From a bacterium (GTDB lineage Bacteria; Zhuqueibacterota; QNDG01; DSAB01), in contig JBDRSZ010000164.1 in NCBI GenBank assembly GCA_043824415.1, positions 1 through 42,952 of the forward strand: a stretch of 42,952 nucleotides of DNA, in the 5' to 3' direction. The notes beneath the pieces were generated by a model. The model ran no database searches and was not told the origin of the DNA. It worked only from the letters and a program-made list of their open reading frames with translations. The translations under genes and the position numbers were made by a program. Below are positions 1 through 9,400 of the stretch, piece by piece; the stretch's first letter is position 1, and each line of letters starts with the position of its first letter.

Positions 1-1
1 C

Positions 2-88
2 GCTCTTGAAGTCACGGATGCGACGGCTCTCGTAGCCACCGAAAGTAAGACGGTCACGGTCACTTTCACGATGACCGACGCGTCTTAA
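2..88 (+). CDS. 3' end of an ORF running in from the left window edge (...ALVATESKTVTVTFTMTDAS*), possibly another secreted beta-rich subunit
   Basis: The frame is open from the window edge to a TAA at about 86-88. The Thr/Val alternating tail resembles the C-terminus of the next gene product (..SGTVIYTIMEL). Confidence 0.3.
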   Translation, partial: ALEVTDATALVATESKTVTVTFTMTDAS

Positions 89-118
89 TTCCGTGTTGTG
101 AGATGGGGGCGGATTCCA

Positions 119-631
119 ATGTCCGCCCCTATCTGCGATTCGAGGGGAAAAGTGAAAAGGTTGCGAAACGTCTTCTCTCTATGCGTGATTCTTCCGAGCC
201 TCATACTGGGTTATGGTGTCTCGGCCCAGGATATTACCGTCTTTGGAAACTGGTCTCTGATGATCGATGCTTCCAATCTGACGGCCGGTCCGGGGAGCGA
301 TGTGAACTCCACGTATATGAGTGACAACGATCAGATAGAAATCAATATTCTGCGAGCGAAAGGAATGTGGGCCGTGTATGTCAGGGGCGTTCCGATGAAC
401 TGGCATCCGGATCTGAGGTTTGGTATTCGGAGGACGAATAACGGGATCGGAGGCGGCTGGATCTCGGGCGGCACTTCGTGGCTGGAAGTCACGTCGTTCG
501 ATCAACAATTTTTTATGGGGAATAAACAGAGAAAGAATATTGATGTTCAGTGCGGACTGACGGGCGTTTCTGTTCAGATTCCCTCGGCGATGTATTCTGG
601 GACGGTTATTTATACGATCATGGAACTTTAG
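119..631 (+). CDS. Secreted beta-rich small protein, pilin/adhesin-subunit-like (hypothetical)
   Basis: ORF track 98..631 (GTG). The ATG at 119 gives a signal-peptide-like N-terminus (KVKRLRNVFSLCVILPSLILGYGVSA/QD). The mature part is beta-strand rich, has an NWSL (W-x-L) motif near its N-terminus, and ends MYSGTVIYTIMEL like fimbrial/SCPU-type subunits. No family can be assigned without an HMM search. Confidence 0.6.
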   Translation: MSAPICDSRGKVKRLRNVFSLCVILPSLILGYGVSAQDITVFGNWSLMIDASNLTAGPGSDVNSTYMSDNDQIEINILRAKGMWAVYVRGVPMNWHPDLRFGIRRTNNGIGGGWISGGTSWLEVTSFDQQFFMGNKQRKNIDVQCGLTGVSVQIPSAMYSGTVIYTIMEL

Positions 632-648
632 ATTGGAGAAGCATAAAA

Positions 649-1446
649 ATGGGGAAAAGGATCGGATTTTTTATTTTTATCATCGGTTTATTGGTGCGAA
701 ATACGCTGCCCGCCGGAGTTACGGTTTTAGGAGATTTGACCCACGAGAAGAATGTCCTTCCAGGCGAGACTTACAGCGGTGTGATTATCATATTGAATAC
801 GGGGGAAGAGCCGGAAGAGATCAAAGTGTATCAGACGGATTACCTGTTTTTCAGGGATGGTACGAGTGTCTACGGCAATCCGGGGGAGGTACTCCGTTCG
901 AATGCAGCGTGGATCTCTTTCAGTCAAAAGCGATTCACGGTTGCGCCCAAACAACGCCAGACAGTGCATTATACCGTGGAAGTTGCACGGCGTGAAGACC
1001 TTTCCGGCACGTATTGGAGTGTGTTGATGGTGGAAGCTGTTCCCAGAATATCGCCGGAAAGCATGGAGAAATCGGGATTGGGAATTCGAACCGTTCTTCG
1101 TTACGGAGTTCAGATGATTAGTCATATCGGGAACAGCGGGACGCGTGAGCTGAAGTTTTTGGGATCGAAGCTTCTTAATGAGGAAGGAAAAAAGATATTA
1201 CAGGTGGACATCGAAAATACAGGAGAGAGGTTATTGAGGCCGGAAGTGTGGGCTGAGTTCTATGACAAGAACGGTGTTTCCATAAGTACATTTGAGGGGA
1301 TGAAGCTGCGGACATATCCCGGGACTTCCGTGAGGTATAAGATTGATGTGAGCAGCGCGCCAGGCGGGACTTATAAAGTACTTGTCGTGGCGGATTGCGG
1401 AGGGAACGACCTTTTTGGAATTCAGTATGCCGTACAAATCGAATGA
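649..1446 (+). CDS. Exported two-domain Ig-like protein, DUF916/DUF3324-like (chaperone- or matrix-like)
   Basis: ORF track 550..1446. The ATG at 649 is preceded by GGAG about 10 nt upstream and gives the hydrophobic N-terminus MGKRIGFFIFIIGLLV. Two beta-sandwich-like halves are visible (PGETYSGVIIILNTGEEPEEIKVYQTDY..GTYWSVLMVE and LQVDIENTGERLLRPEVWAEFYD..GGTYKVLVVAD). Its stop overlaps the next gene's start (ATGA). Confidence 0.65.
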   Translation: MGKRIGFFIFIIGLLVRNTLPAGVTVLGDLTHEKNVLPGETYSGVIIILNTGEEPEEIKVYQTDYLFFRDGTSVYGNPGEVLRSNAAWISFSQKRFTVAPKQRQTVHYTVEVARREDLSGTYWSVLMVEAVPRISPESMEKSGLGIRTVLRYGVQMISHIGNSGTRELKFLGSKLLNEEGKKILQVDIENTGERLLRPEVWAEFYDKNGVSISTFEGMKLRTYPGTSVRYKIDVSSAPGGTYKVLVVADCGGNDLFGIQYAVQIE

Positions 1447-4400
1447 TGAATAGGATACTCCAAATTGCACTCATTTTCAGCCTTGCAATGTCTATTCATG
1501 CAGATAATGAAGGAATTCAAGTAAGACCGAACGGGAACACACTTATCGAGACGGAACCTCAGAAGATTGTTACGACAGTTTTTCGTGTCACGAACACCGG
1601 ATCCCCGAGACAGGAATTTATTTCAGAAGTGAGGCTTCCCCGGGGGTGGAAATTGATCACGCAGGATTTCCCTTTCGAATTGGATGAGAATGAGAGCGTC
1701 ATTAAACTTGTGAGTGTGTTCGTCCCTCAAGCGGCGACGGCCGGACTTTACGAAATCACCTACCGGGTGACGGGCAGAAAATACCCCTCCGTGAGTGATT
1801 TCTTTACAACGCAAATTGCCGTTCTGCCGAGTCTGCATTTGGATGTTCAACTGCTGGAAGCGCCTGAGTACGTTATTGCCGGGGACGACTATCGGATTTC
1901 TTTTGTCGTGAGCAACGGCTGTAATATCGTCGATAGAGTGTATGTTCGAATCGAGAATAAAGAAAATTACCCCGCTTCTTTCGTAGTTGAAGATTTTTCG
2001 ATGACTCCGATCAGGTCCAAAAAAATCACAGTGACGATCAAAACGGATGGGACGATCACGGATCGGATGAGACATACGATTCGCCTTATTGCGCAACTTC
2101 GAAAGAACGAACAGATACAGTCTGTGGCGTCGAGTTCTGTGGAGATTCTCCCGAGGAAGATGGGAGTGGAGGACCCGTTCCGCAGACTGCCTGTCACTGT
2201 TGCGTTAAGCCATGTGGTACAGAAGGACGACGACATGAGTAGTGGATTTCAGGGCAATATTTTTGGCGAAGGCACGCTGGACGAAGAAGGCGATAAACAC
2301 ATTCGGTTTCGATTTCGTGGACCCGATATTTTCGAGAGGTCTTTCTTGGCCGAGCACGATGAGTATTTTGTGAGTTATTGGACGAAAAATACTATGCTGC
2401 ATTTTGGAGACCGAGTTTTTTCCCTGTCGCCCCTTACGGAGAATTCACGGTATGGCAGAGGTGGCGAAGGAAGGATCGTCCTTCGTCATTTTACCTTTGG
2501 AGCGTTCTATCAAAAGGCGCGATGGATTCGGCCGACGAGGGAGGAAATGGCCTCGTACGTCCGGTATTCCATCGATAGAAAGCTCAGGATAGGGTTGAAT
2601 TTTCTTAGGAAAAAAATCGATGCAGCGGATGGAAAGGACGATGTCGTTAGTCTGGACGGGCACTTTGAACCCGTGAAGAATACGGAAGTCGAGGTCGAAT
2701 ATGCGTTGGGGAAGAAAGAGGGTCTAGAAAAGTCAGCTTACAGGGTGCAGATATCGGGTCATCGACCCAGAGTATTTTATCAGTTTAATCTTATTCGCGC
2801 CCAGCCCGATTTCCCCGGTTATTACAACGATACGAATTTTTTAGCAGGCAGCCTCTCTTTTGAATTGAATAAAAATCTTCGCATCAACGGGGGCGTCCGG
2901 GAGGAGAGACAGAATATAGATGTCGATACGACCCGATATACGGCCCCGTTTGACAAATTCTATCAAATGGGACTTCAATATCGTTGGAAGAGCGGCACAG
3001 CGTTTGCACTTGACTATCTGGACCGCAGTCGCGAAGATCGCATGATCGCGTCTAAATTTAACTACCGGGAAAAGACATTTAGATTCAGGATGGATCAGCA
3101 TTGTAAAAATTTGAGTCTCTCCGCGTCCGGCGAAATTGGAACGACCTGGAACAGACTGGCGGACGGTATTTTTCGGATGGAGAGGTACAATGTAAGCGTC
3201 TTTTTCAGGCCCACGAACCGACAATCTTACCGAGGTTATATATACTATACGAATGACGGCCGCACGGTCGGGGAGAAACGACGTCAACTCACGGTCGGCG
3301 TGAACCTCTCTGTTCAGTTTTCGGATCGGACCGATTTGCATATTCATCTACAGAATTATTATTCTCCCGAGGAGTATCTTCGAGACCGAAACATTTGCGA
3401 GGTTCGATTGAACCATACATTTACCAATGACCATCAATTTTCCGTTCGCGGCCGTTATACGTTGTTACGAAATTTTGTGGATCGGGGTGAGACGGCTGTT
3501 CTGGTCGAATATAAGATTCCCTTGGGAATTCCCATGGGTAAAAAGAAAGGTTTGTGTCTCATCGAGGGGCACGTATTCAATGCTGAAACACGGGAGCCAG
3601 TGAAAAATGCGATTCTCCGGATCAACGGATTCACGGCTGTGACGAATGAGAGGGGATATTTTGTATTCCCTTCGCTGAAACCGGGTCTATACTGCCTGGC
3701 TATTGACAAGGCCTGTATCGGTTTGAACCGCATCGTGACTCAGCGGTTGCCCGCAGAGGTGACTGTTCAGGAGGGAGAAAAAAAACAGATCGATTTCGGG
3801 ATCGTCCGGAGTGCGGAGTTATCGGGTAGAATCATCGTAGGACACGCAGAGGACACGTCGCCCGGTGAGGAGGTCAATGATGACGACCACAAGACTGATG
3901 ATGGTTTTTACATCGTCGGGAGCGAAAAACGCTCGACAGAACAGTTGAAGGATAGACAAGTATCACCCGTTCAAGGTTTGAAGGCGGATGAGGAGTCTGG
4001 AGTGAGTGAGACACGCGGACTGGCCGGTATTTTGGTGGAACTGATGAAAGACGGAATGGTTTTGCGTCGCGTGTCGGGTGAAGACGGAAGCTTTTTGTTC
4101 GAAGAATTGCATCCGGGCCGTTGGACGGTAAAAATATACGCCTATCATTTGCCGGAGAACCATTTTCTTGAAAGAGACATGCTTGCCGTAGATCTTCAGC
4201 CGGGTGAAAAAAGAGATTTATCCATGAAGGTGCTGCCGAAAAAAAGAAATATCCGAATGGTTCAAGATGGAGGAACGCTGCTGGAAGAGGCACCCAGTCC
4301 TCTTTCTTCCAATGGAACGCAGGATGATTACGATCTTGGCCTTCAGATGTTTCAGAAGGGACAGTATAAAGAAGCCGTCCGAATTTTTGAACAGGTATTG

Positions 4401-4520
4401 ATCCGAAGTTCGGATGAACGTATGAAAAAGAATTGCCGGTATTGGATGGGAAAATGTTACAATGCCTTAGGGGAGTATGGGAAGGCTATCGATGCATTCA
4501 ATGCGGTCATCAAGAATTAA
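1443..4520 (+). CDS. Very large outer-membrane-type protein: N-terminal Ig-like (NEW3/CARDB-like) repeats, beta-barrel-like middle, two CarboxypepD_reg-like domains, C-terminal TPR
   Basis: ORF track 1395..4520. The ATG at 1443 overlaps the upstream TGA and gives the signal peptide MMNRILQIALIFSLAMSIHA/DNEG.
- N-terminal region: VFRVTNTGSPRQEFISEVRLPRGWKL and a second similar repeat.
- Middle region: long alternating-hydrophobicity strands (YQFNLIRAQ..FLAGSLSFELN..FALDYLD..VLVEYKIPL).
- CarboxypepD_reg-like segments: IEGHVFNAETREPVKNAILRINGFTAVTNERGYFVF and LAGILVELMKDGMVLRRVSGEDGSFLFEELHPGRWTV.
- TPR-like tail: GQYKEAVRIFEQVL..GEYGKAIDAFNAVI. Confidence 0.75.
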   Translation: MMNRILQIALIFSLAMSIHADNEGIQVRPNGNTLIETEPQKIVTTVFRVTNTGSPRQEFISEVRLPRGWKLITQDFPFELDENESVIKLVSVFVPQAATAGLYEITYRVTGRKYPSVSDFFTTQIAVLPSLHLDVQLLEAPEYVIAGDDYRISFVVSNGCNIVDRVYVRIENKENYPASFVVEDFSMTPIRSKKITVTIKTDGTITDRMRHTIRLIAQLRKNEQIQSVASSSVEILPRKMGVEDPFRRLPVTVALSHVVQKDDDMSSGFQGNIFGEGTLDEEGDKHIRFRFRGPDIFERSFLAEHDEYFVSYWTKNTMLHFGDRVFSLSPLTENSRYGRGGEGRIVLRHFTFGAFYQKARWIRPTREEMASYVRYSIDRKLRIGLNFLRKKIDAADGKDDVVSLDGHFEPVKNTEVEVEYALGKKEGLEKSAYRVQISGHRPRVFYQFNLIRAQPDFPGYYNDTNFLAGSLSFELNKNLRINGGVREERQNIDVDTTRYTAPFDKFYQMGLQYRWKSGTAFALDYLDRSREDRMIASKFNYREKTFRFRMDQHCKNLSLSASGEIGTTWNRLADGIFRMERYNVSVFFRPTNRQSYRGYIYYTNDGRTVGEKRRQLTVGVNLSVQFSDRTDLHIHLQNYYSPEEYLRDRNICEVRLNHTFTNDHQFSVRGRYTLLRNFVDRGETAVLVEYKIPLGIPMGKKKGLCLIEGHVFNAETREPVKNAILRINGFTAVTNERGYFVFPSLKPGLYCLAIDKACIGLNRIVTQRLPAEVTVQEGEKKQIDFGIVRSAELSGRIIVGHAEDTSPGEEVNDDDHKTDDGFYIVGSEKRSTEQLKDRQVSPVQGLKADEESGVSETRGLAGILVELMKDGMVLRRVSGEDGSFLFEELHPGRWTVKIYAYHLPENHFLERDMLAVDLQPGEKRDLSMKVLPKKRNIRMVQDGGTLLEEAPSPLSSNGTQDDYDLGLQMFQKGQYKEAVRIFEQVLIRSSDERMKKNCRYWMGKCYNALGEYGKAIDAFNAVIKN

Positions 4521-4555
4521 TGATGTCGGCGTTTCGATGATAACGGAGGCGATAG

Positions 4556-6343
4556 ATGGTGAGAACGAATAACAGACGGAAGGAATCGAAAGGACTCTAC
4601 AATTTTATCTGGGTGGGCCTTGGATTCGGTGCATTCTATTGGCTGCTCGAGTCTTTTCGCGACGTCTTCGTATTCAATAAGGGGCATGTACTCGGGCGGA
4701 TCTTTTTCCCGGATATGATGTCTTTCTGGATGCGGATTTTGGTCGTATGCCTTCTGGTGTTGTTGAGCGTCTATGTGCAGTCTCTGAGAGAAAGGATGGA
4801 ATATAGAAGGAAAAAACCTTCGAGGTCTTTCCTCTCGAATAATGCGATCAAAGCTGGCGTATGCATCGGAATTCTGTACTGGATTTTAGAATCTGTCAGG
4901 GATGTACTCGTGTTCGAACGGGGGCCATTCATTGAACGAATCATCAGCCCAGACCCGATGGCATTTTGGATGCGACTCCTGGCTGTGTGTATTATCATGC
5001 TGTTCAGCGTTTATGCTCAGGCTCTGATCAATGAAAGGAAACGCAAAGAAGAATCGCTGCGCAGGGAGCGAGAACAATTGGAAAGAGTCGTGGAGAAGAG
5101 AACCGCCGAATTATCGAAATCGAATAAACTTCTGGCGCTGCTGAAAAAGGAGATCGCCGAACGAAAGCGGATCGAAGAAGAGAAACTCAAAATGCAGGCA
5201 CAGCTCATACAGGCGAAAAAGATGGAGGCTGTGGGTATCTTGGCCGGGGGAATTGCGCATGATTTTAATAATTTAATGACGGTCATTATTGGATGCGCCG
5301 ACATGTCGATGATGGATATTCCAGAGACAGAACCCGTGTATTCGGACTTGAAAGAAATCAGAGTTGCTGCAGTCAGGGCTACGGATCTGACGAGCCAGTT
5401 GTTGCTCTTCAGTCGAAAAAAGCCCATGCAGTTCAGTTTGGTGAACCTGAATCAAACCGTGCGGGATCTTCTTAAAATGCTTCATCGCCTGATTGGAGAG
5501 GATATTCAGGTCATCACGGATTTCGAACTGAATCTGTGGCCGATCTTAGCTGATAAAGGAACGATAAGCCAGGTCGTCATGAATTTGGCGGTGAATGCCA
5601 GGGATGCGATGCCCAAGGGGGGACGACTTTTGATCGGGACGAAGAATGTTCTGGTGAGCGAGTCCGACTCTGCGGGAGTGCCGGATGCGCGCCCGGGGAA
5701 ATTCGTCCGGGTTTCTGTTTCGGACACTGGCGTGGGCATGGATAAGGAATCGCTTCAGCATATTTTTGATCCTTTCTTCAGTACGAAGGATGTGGGCAAA
5801 GGAACAGGATTAGGTTTGGCTGTCGTGTATGGCATCGTCAACAAGCATAAAGGATGGATTCAGGTGGCGAGCGAACCGGGTCACGGCTCGACTTTTAACG
5901 TCTACTTCGAGGCCAATCCGGGGAATGTGAAGGATGAGCCTCAGGAAACCGCACCGATGAAAAAATATTCTTCCGGAAAGGGCAAACGGATATTGCTTGT
6001 GGAGGACGAAGAGAAAGTTCGAGAATTTACGGCCACGGGGCTGAGTCGAAACGGCTATGTCGTTTTTTCGGCAGCGAATGCAGAGGAAGCGATGCGTATT
6101 TTTCGAAGAGAAGAAGGAAGTTTCCGTTTTGTCCTGAGTGATGTGGTTTTGCCCGGCAAAAGCGGACTTGAGTTGGTCGAAGAATTCGTATCGGTTGATC
6201 CGAGCATCTCTGTCCTGTTGAGCAGCGGGTATCCGGACGATAGATCACAGCGGACGGTCATACAGAAGAGGGGATACCGATTCTTAAAAAAGCCGTACGC
6301 GCTTGAACATTTGCTCCAAGTCATCCGAGAGCTTGATGCATGA
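4556..6343 (+). CDS. Hybrid sensor histidine kinase (duplicated 2-TM membrane module, coiled coil, HisKA/HATPase, C-terminal receiver)
   Basis: GGAGG lies upstream of the ATG. H-box GGIAHDFNNLMTVIIG, N-box NLAVNARDAM, G-boxes DTGVGM and GKGTGLGLAVVYG. The receiver reads RILLVEDEE..VLSDVVLPGKSG..KKP. Confidence 0.9.
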   Translation: MVRTNNRRKESKGLYNFIWVGLGFGAFYWLLESFRDVFVFNKGHVLGRIFFPDMMSFWMRILVVCLLVLLSVYVQSLRERMEYRRKKPSRSFLSNNAIKAGVCIGILYWILESVRDVLVFERGPFIERIISPDPMAFWMRLLAVCIIMLFSVYAQALINERKRKEESLRREREQLERVVEKRTAELSKSNKLLALLKKEIAERKRIEEEKLKMQAQLIQAKKMEAVGILAGGIAHDFNNLMTVIIGCADMSMMDIPETEPVYSDLKEIRVAAVRATDLTSQLLLFSRKKPMQFSLVNLNQTVRDLLKMLHRLIGEDIQVITDFELNLWPILADKGTISQVVMNLAVNARDAMPKGGRLLIGTKNVLVSESDSAGVPDARPGKFVRVSVSDTGVGMDKESLQHIFDPFFSTKDVGKGTGLGLAVVYGIVNKHKGWIQVASEPGHGSTFNVYFEANPGNVKDEPQETAPMKKYSSGKGKRILLVEDEEKVREFTATGLSRNGYVVFSAANAEEAMRIFRREEGSFRFVLSDVVLPGKSGLELVEEFVSVDPSISVLLSSGYPDDRSQRTVIQKRGYRFLKKPYALEHLLQVIRELDA

Positions 6344-6422
6344 ATTGGAAAATTGATTAGTGGTGATAGTCTCATTTTGTGTCCATTTTTTTCAGCGCCG
6401 CATAAACTGGAGGTTATCGGAG

Positions 6423-9400
6423 ATGGAAGCTATAAAAAGGAATCGTTCCATAGGGACTTCCTTGGTGTGGGTCGGGATTATCCTCGGAGCGTTTTATTGG
6501 ATTCTTGAATCCGTGAGAGATGTGTTTGTGTTTGGGAAGGGCGGCTTATTCGAACGGCTTGTTCATCCTGATCCGATGGCTTTCTGGATGCGGTTTCTTA
6601 CTCTGGGCATTTTGATGCTGTTCTGTGTTTATGCCCAAGTGCTCATCAACGGACGCAAACGAGCGGAAAAGGCTCTGTGGGAGAGTGAGAATAAATACAG
6701 GACGATCACCGATAATATCAGTATGGGCATATTTAGAACGACTCTGGGTCTTGGAGGACATTTCTTAGAGGTGAATCCGGCCATCGTCCGGATGTTTGGA
6801 TACGATCGGAAGGAAGAGTTCCTGCAGACGAGCATGGCAGATTTATATCTTGATGCTGAAGAAGGAAACATGTTCTGTCAAAAAATACTGAACGATGGAT
6901 TCGTGAGGGATGAAGAGATTCAGCTGAAGAAGAAGGATGGAAGACCGTTGTGGTGTTCTGTAACGGCTGTTGCTGTTCTTGATGGGTCTGGAGAGACGCT
7001 TTATTATGACGGTGTGATCGAAGACATTACGGACAAGAAACAGGCAAGGGAAGATGTCAAAAGATTGAAGGATTTTAATGAAGGCATCGTTCAGAATATG
7101 GCCGAAGGAATCGTTGTGAGGGAAGCAGAGGGAACGATTACTTTTTACAATCCGGCCGTGTCGCGTCTTCTCGGATATTCGTCCGAGGATTTGATCGGAC
7201 GGCATTATAAAGAAATCGTTTCGCCTGGCCAGCATCCCGTTTTAGAATCAGCGGAGCAAACCCCGACAGCCGAGTCCGCCCGTCAATACGGGGTGGATTT
7301 GTTGAGCAAAGAGGGTGGACGAATTCCCGTTCTGGTCAGCGACAGTCCGCGGTTTGAGGCGGGGAGTTATGTCGGAAATATCGCCGTTTTTACGGATATT
7401 ACCGAGATCAAACGGGTTGAGGAAGAACTCAAAGTCAAGAAGGCCCATTTGGATCGATTGTTTGACAGCGCTCCGGAAGCGATCGTGATGTCGGATAACG
7501 ACGGCAGGATCCGTCGTGTGAACAGTGAATTTGTCCGACTATTCGGGTATGAAAGCAGGGAGGTCGTTGGAAGGATTTTAGATGAACTTATCGTGCCTGA
7601 GAATTTGTACGAGGAAGGCGTATCGCAAACCGAGCGTGTGATTGGGGGCGAACAGGTTGCTTTTGAGAGCATGCGTCGGATAAAGGACGGCACGTTTATA
7701 TCCGTCTCTGTACTCGGCTCTCCCATTGTTGTGGATGGAAAGCAGAGAGGCGTTTTTGGGATTTATCGCGACATTACGGAACAGAAGAGAGCCGAAGAAG
7801 AACTGAGGAAATACGCTCAGGATCTAAAGACGGCGAAAGAGACGGAGGAGGAACATGCTGCAGAGCTGATTCAACTGGTCGAAGATCTTGAGGTGGCCAA
7901 GTCACGGGCAGAAGCCGCAGCCCGCGCGAAGAGTGAATTTTTAGCCAACATGAGCCACGAGATCCGCACTCCCTTGAACGGCATTATCGGAATGACTGAA
8001 CTCGCACTCGACACGGATCTCAGTCCAGTGCAGCAGGAGTACTTGGATACGGTGAAGACATCGGCCGATTTGCTGCACACGATCATCAACAATATTCTTG
8101 ACTTTTCGAAGATTGAAGCGGGAAAACTTGAGATGGAAGCTTTGGAGTTTCATCTGCGAGACTGCCTGGGTGATACGATTCAGACGTTGGCGTTACAAGC
8201 GGAAGAGAAGGGAATCGAGTTGGCCTGTCATATCGTGGCTGATGTGCCCGATGCTCTGGTGGGAGATTTAAACCGTCTGAGACAGGTCGTCCTCAATTTG
8301 GTGAACAATGCACTCAAGTTCACGGAGAATGGTGAAGTCGTCCTCCATGCGGATGTTGAAGAATGGACTGAGGATGGAGTGTTGCTGCATTTTTCTGTGA
8401 TCGATACAGGCATAGGCATTCCCGCAGAGAAGCAGAAGATCATATTTGAAGCTTTCACACAGGCCGATGGCTCGACAACGCGGAAATTCGGCGGAACCGG
8501 TTTGGGTTTGGCGATTTCTTCAAAGCTCGTTGAAATGATGGGCGGTTCGATTTGGGTGGAAAGCCCGTCAAAGACGCGGGGAACGGATGTCGGCGGCCCT
8601 GGGAGCACGTTTCATTTTACTGCGCATTTTAAAACACAGCAAGGTACGGCAGAATTCGCGCAAAGGAGGGCGTTCGTCGATTTGCGCAATCTACCGGTTC
8701 TGGTCGTCGATGACAATGCCACGAACCGACGCATTCTTGAAGAAATGCTCACCAATTGGGAGATGAAGCCGACTGCCGTGGGGAGTGGAGTCACGGCGTT
8801 GGAAGAGATGAAGCGCGCTGCGGCATGCGGGAGATCTTTCCCGCTCGTATTGCTCGACGCCCACATGCCCGAGATGGATGGGTTTACACTGGCAGAGAGA
8901 ATCAGAAGAAATCCGGACTTAGAGGGTGCCACGATCATGATGCTCTCTTCGTCGGATCGGACGAGCACGGTGGTTCGTTGTCAAGCGTTGGGCATTTCTG
9001 TTTATCTCGTCAAGCCTATCAAACAGTCAGATCTGTTCAATGCCATCGTGGATACGTTGGGTCAGAACAGCAATTCGAGGACGGATGAACGGATGGATCG
9101 GTCTTTGGAGGAACGAACGAGGAGGGAACCCATGATTGAAGAAGATCATAAAAGCGAAACGATGTTCAGAATCCTATTGGCGGAAGACAACGCCATCAAC
9201 CGTAAATTAGCAGAGGAACTTTTACGGAAGAGGGGCTGGGATGTTGTTTCTGTGACGAATGGGAAAGAAGCGCTGGAGGCTTTGGAGTCCGAAGATTTTG
9301 CGATGATCCTGATGGACGTACAGATGCCGGAGATGGACGGATTCGAGGCCACTGCTGCGATTCGTGAGAAGGAGAAAAAGACCGGGACGCGTATCCCCAT

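Noticed and set aside
103-1125. Alternative-frame ORFs overlapping the first two genes (103..324, 179..508, 633..995, 727..1125)
   Set aside because: They lack signal peptides and motifs and overlap frames that give coherent exported beta-rich proteins with RBS-supported starts.
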